Source of the DNA: Vicugna vicugna
Taxonomy: Eukaryota
DNA length: 64,000 nt
Assembly (NCBI GenBank): GCA_013265495.1
Contig: MU058198.1
Location: 632,419-696,418, forward strand
Direction of reading: 5' to 3'
A program made the translations under genes and the position numbers. The notes beneath the pieces were generated by a model. The model was not told where the DNA came from. It saw only the letters and a list, made by a program, of their open reading frames with translations, and made no database searches. This document shows positions 40,096 to 52,108 of this stretch, in pieces; position 1 is the stretch's first letter, and every line of letters starts with the position of its first letter.

Positions 40096-41107
40096 ACAAG
40101 GCTTTTTAAAGAACGGGTTTGAAAAGCTTTGATTCATTTTATTTATTTAGGAAAAAATTGAAATCATTTTAGACCAAAAAAAATTCCTGACCTACTTTAT
40201 TCTTACTTACAAATGCAGAAGTAAACATTCCCCCAGGACAGCCCTCTCTCCTCAGCAACCAGTGTCACTTTTGGAGCATTCTGAAGCATTCTACTTTGGT
40301 GTTAGTAGCGGTCAGCCTCTTGGTGGACTGCAGTCTTCTCTATATAATTGAACTAATGCGTTTCTTTTAACATTTGATAGGACAAAAAAAATAGAATAAT
40401 TGAACAAGTTCAGTGTTACCACTTCAGAGGCCCAATTTTGATTCAGTTGAAATTTGTAGGCAATGGAAATGTTATTACCGTCCGTTTTCTGGCACAAATC
40501 ATCAGGACACAGCAGGGAAATGTCTTCTCTACTTCTTATCTTCGTGAAAGGCCCAGCCATCAGCATAACATGATGTCCAGGTGCTAAGCTTCATTCATTC
40601 TGTCTACTCTGCAAATATTCTTTGATCTGGGAATGGAGGAATGAACAAGAGAAATGTGGACCCACTCAAGGAGACAGACACTAAGCAAATATGTACTTAA
40701 CTGCAGTTGTATCAAGTGTCACAAAGAACTGCAGGGACCTCTGAAAAAATCTCAAATTTGAAGGGAAGTGGGTCAGGGAAATTCCCCGAGAATGTGAGTC
40801 TTGAGCGGATCGCTAAGTGCAGAGGAGGAAGGAGGGGGAGTTCTGGGCAGAGGGAACAGCGTGGGTAAAGGCCTTGAGGTGGGAAGGGTCACCCAAGAGC
40901 ACTGGAGGGACTGGAAGAGAGCCATGGTGAGGAGTGCTTAAGAGGCTAGAGGGACAGACACTAGGGCTGCCAGCGAGGCCAGGGAGCTCTATAGACTTAC
41001 CGACAGCCTCGCATCTCCATGGTGATGTCTCCCGCCCTCCACATCCCCTCAGTGCCCCTCTTTCCTTTCATGCCCTTCCTCCCAGCCCTGCTGATTTCTG
41101 GCTCCTT

Positions 41108-41336
41108 CTCTCCCTCCCTCCCTTCCTTCCTTCCTTTCTTTTTTTTTCTGTTTTTTAAAATTGAAGTACAGTCAGTTACAATGTGTCAGTTTCTGGTGAA
41201 CAGCATAATGTCCCAGCCATGCATACACATACATATATTAGTTTTCATTTTTTTTTCATTAAAGGTGATTACAAGTATTGAACATAGTTCCATGTGCTAT
41301 ACAGAAAAAACTTTTAAAAAAATCTATCTTTATATA
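41108..41336 (-). mobile_element. short L1 3' end with target-site duplication
   Basis: Same family as 23945; flanked by tctggctcctt at 41097..41107 and 41337..41347. Confidence 0.8.
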
Positions 41337-44300
41337 TCTGGCTCCTTTTCTAAAGGACTTTAATATTTATTTAACATGCTTATATACCTCTTACAGTGAG
41401 CCAGCCAGCAGTTCACAGATATTCACTCCAAACAAGCCTGCTATTATCCTCATTTCACAGAAGCAGACCCTGGCACAGGGAGGTGAAGTGACCTGTCCAG
41501 GGTCGCCAGCTAGTCTGAGTGTCCAGGAAAGAGAGTTCCAAGTCAGGATGTGTGTGCTCAGCGCTGCCTTCACTGCCTCTCAGCTCTCCGGGAAGTCAGT
41601 CATTTCTAGGGGATTCCTTCTCCCAAGGAGTGACATTGAATGGAAAGATTCCCACCAACCAGGGACCCAAAGGGATGTTGGGAATGGTGGAAGCCAAAAG
41701 CCCCCTTTCATCCAGCTGAGAGAGATAGAGATTTGAGTCTCTCCCAGGTGCCCCTTGGGAGCCCCCTTGGAAGCATTTGTTTGCTGTAAGGGAGACCCCA
41801 GGGGAACCTCTTCCCGCTTGGATTGCCAGCTGAACCCAGGATCTTTTTTCCTTCTTAAAAAAAAAAATCTGTGTTTGCCTTGCTTCAGTTGCTGGCACTG
41901 AGCCATCAAAGTACAATTTTCTTTTTTTTGAAAATGTTAACAACCACTGAAGCGTGGATATCATGTGGAGAATTTTTTCCTTGTAGAGAAGGTTGGAAAT
42001 AATCTCTTGGTCTCATCGGTCGGGAACAAAAGCTCACGGAAATGGCTTGCTACAAGCCTTCATGTCTGCGTTACCCTTTCCTCCACCTTTTTGAAGCTGT
42101 GTTGAATGCTCTCTCACGATAGTTATGGCAGTTTGTGTTGAAATTAAGTTACTGGAACATTCAGATTGTTGTCGCTTTCCAAGGCAGATCCTGAAATAAA
42201 ATATATTTTGAGCATCCACATAGCAGAACGAAATAGCCTAGTTAGAAACAGCTGTTAGCGAAGAAAGGCAGTAGGACGTTGCCAGCTGAGACTGACTCTG
42301 GAAACGGGAGGCAGACCATGGCGTGGGCAGTTTGCATGTGTAGAGTTAGAGGTATTCAGACTTCAGATCATCACGTGCCCTTTTCGTGCCAGTGTCCTAG
42401 CAGCAACTCCTGGAGATGTTAACAGCTGTACAATACACTTTGCACCCCTCCACCCTCATTCTTACCCATTGAGGGTATCGCTGCTGTTTGTCCACACATT
42501 GGATTACGTAGCTGTTAACTCCCACCCACCTCGGTTAGAGCTTCTCATACTCCATGCCTGAATCCCGAATAGCAGGCTCTGTGTATACCTTCCCCCAGCT
42601 AGCCAGCCCCATCAAGTCCGAGGCATGTCTCATTCATCTGCAGAGAGGAGAGGTGGTGTAAATAGAGTATTAGCAGTTAGGAATGTCCACTCTGGAGCCA
42701 GACTGCCAGAGCTCAAATCCTGGTTCCCCCATGCACCAGCAGTGTGGCTCATTTCCCATCTGTGAAATACGGAGGGGGGAGTGTCATAAAAGTATCTTCC
42801 TGGAAAGTAGAAAACCTATAGTAGCTTTCATAACTACCATAAAAGTTACTGTTGTCATTTGTTTTATAGCCACTTCAGTGCCTGGCACATGGGAGGTGCT
42901 CAAAAAACGTAGTCTGTTTAATATTATTTATCTACCAGGTGCCTGCTGTATACCCAGCACTGTCCCAGGAACCAGTGTGTCCCCCGGGCAGTCCTGGCAG
43001 TGTATTATTGGAAAACACAACAGATAAAGTACCTGTCCTTCTGGAGGTTATAGGCTAGGATGAGAAAAAGATGAACCAAGAGATACTGTTGGATGGTTCA
43101 CTGAAGGAATAAATAAGATCGTTTCAGATGGTGAGAATTGCTCTGAAAACATGAGACAGATGACTTGACATAGAGACCAAGGGCGGGTGAGGGGCTCTGA
43201 ATGGATGATCGGGAGGGCCTTGTGAAGAGCTGACAGTCAGATGACATCTGGAGGCCCAAGTCTTGAAGATCAAGATTCCAGTTGGGAGACCAGTTGGGCC
43301 AGGAGGCCGGAGCACTTTTAGCATGTCAGCTGCCCCCCAGAGCATCCTCGGCCCTTCTGTCTGATCTGTGTGGGAGTCTGGCATCTGGAGAGCGCGTCCT
43401 TGGGGCTTTCTTCTGTCTGGTTTCCAACTAGTTCAGCCAGTGGGAGATACTGACAGTGGGTTGGAGGGCAGGAGGAGAACGAGGTCGTTGGGGAATTTGT
43501 CCCCCAGGGCTCGCTGCCATAGTTTGGCAGTGGCTTTGTTCTTCATTCAAGACCACGGCTGCTGCCAGACGGCCTCCTACAGCCACAGGTCGTGCACGTT
43601 CCAGTAACTCCTCTCCCCACCGCCTGCTTTCAGCCCGAGGATGGTAGCGGCTTCCCTCTGTTGCCAGGCCCTGGGTGCCTCATCTTTCCTCACTGTTTCC
43701 CTTCCCTCTGATAATCCTGCATTCAACCGCTTAACCCTTTTGAGGTTGCCGTCTGTGTCCGGCCAGGACCCTGAGCAGTCTAACTGGTCCTGGGAGCCTT
43801 AAAGGTGGCGCTAGACTAAGTGAGGGGCAGGACGCACCTGCTGCGGCGATGGCGGCAGGAGCCGGGCATTTATTCTCCACGGGAGGAGAAGTGTTTGGAG
43901 GGTGTTAAGCAGAGGAGCAGCATAATCGCGTGTACTTTTTTGGGGCTGAATTGAAGCTGCTGACTCTTTTGCTTCCAGCACTGATTCAGTTTAGCATCTG
44001 AGAAACTCTTACAAGCTCTGTGTGGGACTGTCTCTCGGGTTCTTCCTCTCCCAGGAGAGGATCCTCCATTTAGCTGTTCACGTTGTTGAACACCCTAAAG
44101 AGTGAGGCTGTATTTGAAAGCCAGTGCCTTTGGCGGTGACAGTGACCATTTGGGGGTTTGCCTGCGGTGGGCGGCTTTCTGCTGTGCCATCTGCCACGAG
44201 GCCTGCAATCTAGCTTTCGTAGTTGGAGGAACGAGGCTTTTTACTGTTACGCACATAAGAGGAAGGCTGTAATTTTGGAAACAGGCCATTCAGTTGACAG

Positions 44301-44539
44301 GTAACTTTGCTTTCTTTCCTCGGACCCAAAGCTCTCAAAGCTTGTCTGCTCTGACCGGAGCGTGTTGCTTAGCGGGGCTAACAACGTTTTGTCATTTTTC
44401 TCTGTGTTGTTCAGCCAGAGGTGACACTCCACTAATTTCGCTACAGCTGCTAAAGGAAGGGGACCTGGGTTTCTGTCTTGATTTTGTTACCTCCTGCTTC
44501 GTATGTGGGATTATTTATCCTTTTTTGGTACTCCACTAG

Positions 44540-44705
44540 GATCATCCTGAACACGGGGTCCTGTTTCTTGTTCGAGAGCTGCTCAACGTGATCCAGGACT
44601 ACACCTGGGATGACAGTAGTGATGATAAAATCCGCATCTACACCTGCGTCCTGCACCTGCTTTCCGCCATGAGCCAGGAGACCTACCTCTACCACATAGA
44701 CAAAG
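44540..44705 (+). CDS. VPS35L: VPS35L exon ([56 protein letters not shown])
   Basis: ccactag|GAT...AAA G|gtagcc; 166 nt; overlaps ORF 44588..44821. Confidence 0.96.
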
Positions 44706-45799
44706 GTAGCCGGGTCCCCGGCCAGACTGCACTGTGCTTGAATTTCCTGAAAGTCAAGTGCAGTGTTCTCATTTTTTCTTTTATTGAATCCCCTTGTGTG
44801 TTACCTACCATGAACTTCTAGTGCAGGGTGTTGATAAATTTGTCCAATTTAAGAATTACCTGGGGCAACTCTTAAGAATACAGATTCCCAGGCCCCACCT
44901 GTCCCTTCTAAATGAGAATCCCCAGGAAGAGGCCTGAGACTTTGTATCTTCAACAGTTGTATCTTTAACAAGCATCCAGGATCATTTTGGGAGATAGTTG
45001 AGTTGGGAGAGGTGCTCTTGGATCGGTGCTGTCTTTGGTGTGCTACAGGATAGCCTAGAACGGCGGTTAAATGTGCACATGCAGGAGCTTCATGCCAGGC
45101 CAGTGCCTTACCGGTCTCAGGTGGGTCCCGGCCCGGACCCTGAGATCGGGTGCTTGGAGGGGGAAGGCGGCCTTGCTCCGCTACGTGCAACCAGCCAATT
45201 TGAACTTGCTGCTACAGGTTTGGGAGCCGCCTCCTCATGTCTTCGACGTAACACAGGACAGCCCCAGTCCCAGACCTCTGCCCCCTGGGCCGAAGCATCT
45301 TCCTGCTTGTCAGACCCTCACTTCCCATGTTTGGTTTCTGAAAAATGGCCCTATGGTTCAAAGTGCTTTGGCCAGGAAATGTACTGCAGGGTTTAAGCAA
45401 CTGTCTCTACACCTGGACACTCCAGGGAACAGATGTGCAGTTCCAAGGATCGTCTTCTGTCCTACCCCTCAGAGGCTTCCTCTGGCTGGGATTTGGGAGC
45501 TGATATTACTTAAAGATGTGACGTAGGGAGGCTGGTTGATGTCAATGATGCTAGGGGCTCCCACGGTCTGAGCCCCTCCTGCGTGCTAGACTCCATGGGC
45601 CTCTTTCTCCTCTAATCCTGATAGCATTATGAGGAGCACAGGCATCCGTGTCCCCGTCTGACATATGAGCAAGGGGAGACTCAGAAGGACAGTGTGGTTT
45701 TACCAGCCACGTGGTTTCAAGGGCTCATGGCCAGTTAGTGCTGGAAGTGCAGTTCCCTGTGGGATGCGTGTTATGCTGCCTCCTTGACTACAAAGTGAC

Positions 45800-46500
45800 A
45801 GTGTTTTAATTAAAGTAAATCATGTTACACACACACAATAAACCATAAAGCTCAGTGAATTATCACACAGTGCACACACCCTGGTAACCACCACCCGGGT
45901 CAGGAAATCAAGCGTTACTAGTCGCCTGGAAGTCCCCTGCACACCCCCACCCAGTCAGCACCACCACTTTTCCTCTGTAAAGCTATACTGCTCTCCTGAC
46001 TTCCAGCATTACAAATCGGTCTGTCAGGTTTTGATTTTTACGTAAGTGGACTCGTTTAGCAAGTGTTCTGTGGTGTCTGCCTTCTTTCACTCAGTTTTAT
46101 GTCTGTGAGATTCTTCTGTGTCCTGTGTAGCTGCGGTCCATCCTTTTGCATTGCTGTATAGTATTCCGTTGTATGAATGAGATGGAATTTGTTCATTTCC
46201 CTATGGATGAACAGCTCTGGGCTGTTAGGAGTAGTGCTGCTGTGAACACCCCTGAATATGTAACTCTCAGGATGCACTTCTGTCAAGGACATGACTGTGG
46301 AAGTGCCAGCTTGTGGGATTGGCTGTGTTCAGCTCCGGTAGATACTGCCTCAGTTTTCCACAATACTTCCACCCCTTGACACTCCCGCCAGGCCCACTTG
46401 TTCCCTTGACATGGCCAGCCTTGTTCATTTCTCTGGCAGCTAATGAAGTTCAGGTCCTTTTCCTATATTTGTGGGCCTCTTATTTCCTCTTTTGTGAAGG
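45800..46500 (-). mobile_element. ancient L1ME-like fragment
   Basis: Minus-strand ORF 46056..46292 (IHTTEYYTAM...KLSERRQT) resembles a decayed L1 ORF2 end. Confidence 0.6.
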
Positions 46501-48879
46501 GCACATGGAGGGCTCAGAACAGTAGAGAAACTTCTGAGGACCCGACACTGGCGTGGCCGTGGGTCTGTAAACCCTAGACCCTGTCCCCGGAGCGAACCCG
46601 CTCCTCACTCTTCTCTGCCTTAAGTGGATTCACTTAATCCTCTGTCTACACAGCACAGCAGGGCGGACTGTAGGAGCCAGAGCACGAGTGCAGGGAGGGT
46701 GGCTACGTTTGACAGACGGAGACTTGTTTTCTAGCTTTTAGAGATGAAAACAGGAGGGTGGGTTTTCTTTGCTGCCTTCTTGGCCCAGCTGTGTTTACTC
46801 TGGATGCACAATTGTGACCTGACAGTCGTCTCAGTAGGAGGGAGTCAGGGGGCGGGGGTGGGGCTTCATTTTCTCATCCTGTCTCATTCTAGGCAGCCTT
46901 TTAGACAGTGTTGACACAGGTTTGAACTTTTGAAAAACTGGGGTCAGATTTTTTTTTTCATTGACGAAGGATGCCTCGGCTGTTTTCCTTCCAGATGAAT
47001 AAGAAGAGAACATTCCGAGATTTCCTGGAGCAGTAGCTGCAGTGCTTGTGTGCACGCATGCAAGAGAGCGTGCTTGATGTGGAAGGGGAGATGTTCCTGA
47101 CACGGAATGTTTATGTATTTCCTGTGCAGCTAGGTGCCTCGTTGGAGGAGTACCACCCCGGGGGCCTGTGGGAAGCCACCGTAGCGCCTTCCATCCTCCA
47201 CGCGCTTGCCAGGCCCTTGAAGCATTTGGGGTAGTGACCTCAGGGACAGACAGATGCACTGGGCTGTTTTTAGTGGCCGTTTGCCAGGGATCTTATTCCT
47301 CCCCTTTGTGGGCCCCCGTCTGGACTCTCAGGCCCACTCTGCACTCTGGCCTGACCAATTACTTCTAACTCTCAAATTCGCCCTTTCCACCTTCCCTCCC
47401 TGCCTTCCGCCCTTGTCACCAAGCATTAGCATGAAAACTCCCTTCCCGGCTCCTGACCCCCTTTTACACTTTCTCTGATGAGTTCAACCTTCAGGGCCCA
47501 GGCTAGCTCTCCCTAATTCCCGAACTCCATCCTGCGCCTAGATTTGAGGATCCCGTGACCCTGTGCCGCCCTCTCCCTACGTTCAGCACACGCTGTTGTA
47601 ATTGCCTGTTTGTCTGACTGCACCTCCTTATGGGCTGTGAGCTCCGTGAAGGCAGGACCAGGCTGGCCTGTTCCCCACCAGGTCGCCAGCTCCTGGACCC
47701 TGGCACAGAGCAGGCCCTCATTCAGTAGGGTTTGTGTGCGTGCGTGCGGGTGTGCATGGGTATGTGTGTTGTGTGTCCACGCACGCCTGCAAGTGAGCAG
47801 CCTGCTGTGAACACACCTCTGCCCCTCCCCCCCACCCTGGGCAGGAAGCCTGAGCTTGGGTGGTTGGCCACAGGCGGTCCTAGACCTTCTCTCTTCTCTA
47901 CTGCTGCTGGGCTGGTCTGAAAGAGTAGATTCCAGCTCAGAGTGAGCCTGGGGTTTATGCCAGGAACTGCCCTCATCCTCGGCAGTGGACTGACACGTTC
48001 CGTCACCAGCTGCAGTTTTATCAGCCTGCAAAAGCAGATGCTGTTGAATGGCTGAATCAGATTCTTTCTCTTCGTAAAAGAGTCACTGCCATCCTCCACA
48101 TCATGGACAGCAGTTGAGACACAGCAGCCAGAGCCAGAGCCAGAGCCGTCTCAGGAATCCTGGGCCGGACGCCTGCGGCCCAGGACAGCCCACCCCCAGC
48201 CTGTGTCATGGGAACCACCACAGAGGCACCGGCGGCCCGGGAGAGCGCTCCCCTGGAGAGTCCCTGTGAACGGGCAGCTCAGGCCTGGAGGAGGGGTTTC
48301 CTGCAGACAGACGCTGGGGGGCGAGGAGACCAGTTGTTCTCCTTCTCGGGCGATATGTCCACAACCTGCTTATAAATGGTTCAGCCAAAAAAAAAATGTG
48401 TTTATCTGGCTGTGTGTGAGAGTGTTGTGGAGAGAGCAAGCAAGAGAGCTTGCACGGAAGGGGCAGAACATTATCAACTGGGGACGCGGGGTGAGCGATA
48501 GGCGGGTGTTCAGTGTTCCGTTTTCCCCACTTTTCTGCAGCCTTGACCTTTTTTAGAATAAAAAGCTGGGATAAAAGGAGGAGTTATTATTCTTGAAAGA
48601 GCAATCAGAAATATCCATGAAGTATCTCTGAAGTTATTAATTAAAATATTCATTATACTATTATAGTAAATTGTTTTATCAATTAATCAATCACTGTATG
48701 GTTATACCTGTCCCGTTCCCCGAAAGGTTCAAGGCAGATTGCAGGAAATATACAAAATAATAACATACAGTTTTTCAAATTGAAAAAATTGGTTCTTAGG
48801 AAGTTATAACTTAGGAAATACATGTAGATATATATCTGTGTGCTGTATATATGGGGCTCTCCTATGTATATTGTTTTGT

Positions 48880-50260
48880 TATTTTTTATTAATAGTATAT
48901 TGTAAATACCTTTTAGTAACAGTGTATTGGAGCAACAGTACAGTGTAGCACGTGGTAGTTAACAGCTGTAGATCATATACTCTTATTGTCTTCGTAATAT
49001 TTTGTCTAATGCTAATGCCACGGAGCATTTAATCAAGACTCTTGGTAGACATTTGTATTGCTTCTCCTCTCACCAGTATATACAACATTTATAATGAACG
49101 TACACTGAACATACAATGAACACTGGTCTTTATAATGAAACAGTGAACATCACATACATGCATCGTTGTACACCTGTGGAATGATTTTCTTAGGATAAAT
49201 CCCCTGGGAGTGGTTTTCCCCAGTCAAAGACCTGTCAAAGGCTTTCTCTGTACTAAAACTTTTTTTTTCTGAGTAAAATAGAAATAGTTTTAAAATATAT
49301 ATAGCATAAAATTTACCATTTTAACTATTTTTAAATGCACAATTCAGTTTTATTGAGTATATTTGCAGTGTTATGCAACCATCACCATTATCCATTTCCA
49401 GAATTTTTTCATCATCCCAAACAAGCTCTGTACCCGATAAACAATAACTTCTCATTCGCCCTCCCCCTTAGCCTCTGGTGACCCCTGTTCTACTTCCTGT
49501 CTTTGTGAATTTGCCTCTTCTAGGTACCTCACGTAAGTGGACTCATACCGTCTTGGTCCTTTTGTGCCTGGCACATTTCACTGGTCCTAATGCTTTCAAG
49601 ATTCATCTATGTTGTAACGTGTATCAGAATTTCATTCCTTTTCATGATTATCTGTTGTGTGGATAAACCACATTGTGCTTATCTGTCCATCCATCAATGA
49701 ACAAACTTGGGTTCTTTCTGCCTTTTGGCTGTTGTGGATAATGCTGCTTGAACATTTGTGTACAGTTATCTGAGTCTCTGCTTTTACTTCCTTGGGTATA
49801 TGCAGCATTGGAGTTGCTGGATCATAGGGCAGTTCTGTTTAACTCTCTGAGGAACCAGTAAACTTTTCCACAGCAGCTGTACCATTTTACATCCCCACCT
49901 GCAAAGCGAGAGGTTCCCAGCGTCTCCACGTCTTCATCAGCACGTCTTACCCTCCTTTTGTTTTGTTGTTGTTTTTAGTAACAGCCATCCTAATGGGTGC
50001 CAAGTGGCTCCTGGACATTCCTTACCTATTTGCAAACTCTTTCGTTCACACCAGTAGCTTTCCCAGACCTACATCAAAACTAGGTATTATTCTTTCTCAC
50101 CTTTGTTAGTCTGACAGGTGATGTTTTTTAAAAAAAAATTCTGTGGTTTTAGTTTTCTGTACTTTGATTACTGGTGAAGTTGAATTTTTTTTCATAGAAT
50201 TATAGGGCATTTAGATGTATTTCGGATGCACTGACTATTGATATAATTGCCAATTTTTCT
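48880..50260 (-). mobile_element. L1M fragments (L1MB-like core ~49300..50000 within older L1)
   Basis: aaaatttaccattttaactatttttaaatgcacaattcag...ctaatgggtgccaagtgg; homologous to the 34170 element. Confidence 0.75.
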
Positions 50261-51989
50261 ATAAGTGACCCCAGTAGGGTCACTTTCTTTAAAGCTTCGA
50301 AGCCATTCCTGCACATCGTACCTGGCTTTTCTTGTCTTCATGGCCAGTGCCTGTTCTGTTACACGTGGTCCCCTGGTTCTGTAGCTTGTTGCCAGCAGTC
50401 CCGTGAATAGTCTGTGTGGCCCCAACAGACAGCTCATGACTTTGATCCTGATGGGGCCTTCCATTGTGGCCCTCATGCTCTGCCTCTCCCGTCTGCAAGC
50501 TCAACCGAGTGCCACATGTCCCCCACTTGTGTCACCTCTTGTTTGCATCACACAACTGTGACCTCATAAATCGCTTTTGAATCGTGTATGCCTGAGAGAC
50601 AGGATCTTTTTCGCTTATTCCTTAGCTAGGGGTGATGATGAGTCGGACCAAGAAGAGCACAGCAAATTATATTCCAGCAGATGAGCTAAGCTGACTCGGT
50701 TTATTGAAAATGCTTCTAAACCATGAACTGGATTAGCACTGTGTGTATGTGGCCGTGTAAGCACCGCCACACCCTCCCAAGGCACCTGCATGGCCTCTGG
50801 CTTATCAGATGTCATGGCACCTGGGACTGTGGCCAAATTTTAGACCTCGGGTCAGAAACTTCAAAGGCCACTGCACTTACCCCTCCTTGACCACGTAGCA
50901 CTGAGGGGGCTGCAAGGCTTCTGCACTGAACTGAGCGCTTGTTCACTGCAGGTGGAAATGACTGTGCTCGGCCACATGCATGTTGGCGTTTGAGAGTTGG
51001 GGTGAAAGCAGTTTAAAAAGGATCTGGTGAGAAAAGATGTGTAGGCCCATGTAGGTATGGAAGGAAAGAACTGATTATGCAAGGGGGAGGTTGCAACTTT
51101 ATTACAGACAATGACTTTGCAGCAGCCTGGCCCTGGCCCTGGGCTGCCCATCAACCACCCCCACCCCAAGAGAAAACGAGACCAAGAAAAGAAAGAACAA
51201 CTTAATGTGTCCACAGGAGGGACCAGCTGATATGGAAATAGCTCCGCCACATCTTATTAAGTGAAACGAGCAGAGTGCAAAGCAGCGCCCTGCAGAGTCT
51301 TTCCTTCCTCACCAGGAGGTCATGCTTCCTGCAAGGTCGGTAGGAAGGAAGGAGGAAGGGAGGTCAAACTCAGGCTGTCCTTGCAGGCTGATCTTTCTCT
51401 GGACAGCGGCTGTCACAGGAGGTGCCCAGGCAGAGAGTGGGGGACTTTTTGGTGAGAGGACTCAAGTTCACGAGAAAACACGGGGGACCTTATGTTCCAT
51501 CTGCCGGAGTTTTGAGGCTGAGTGGTGGGGCAGGCAGCTGGGGGCCATGCTTAATAGCTTAGGCTTTGAAACAAACCTCCCAGTTTGCGAGCCTAGCTGG
51601 GACGGCCTCCAAGCCTCAGTTTCCCCACCTGTCATCCGTTGCGTGTGCTGGTTATGAAGATTCTGCAGTAATGTATGTGGAGCACGGAGCCCAGCGCCTG
51701 GCACACGGCTGCACAGCACTGGCAGCTATTCTCATGGTCTCCGTGAAGCTGGTTGTCCCCTCCTGGCTCAGGGGGGCACGACTTCCACCTCAGGCCTCTG
51801 GCTAAGACTGTCTAGAAGGCCAGGCGTTTGCCCTGTGACTCCCTGAGGCCCCAAGCCCAGTGGGAAATTCTCGCCATTTCCATGTGTCCTGTTGTGCGTT
51901 CCTGCCACCTGCTGACACCGCGTGCCATGTGGCTGCCTGTCCCTGGCCTCGGGCTTGGAATATCTCACTGCTCTGGTTTCTTCCATCAG

Positions 51990-52108
51990 TTGACTCCAAC
52001 GACAGCCTCTACGGGGGAGACTCCAAGTTTCTGGCTGAAAACAACAAGCTGTGTGAGACGGTGATGGCTCAGATCCTGGAGCATCTGAAGACCCTGGCCA
52101 AGGACGAG
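51990..52108 (+). CDS. VPS35L: VPS35L exon ([39 protein letters not shown])
   Basis: ttccatcag|TT GAC...GAG|gtaggt; 119 nt; inside ORF 51860..52342. Confidence 0.96.
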
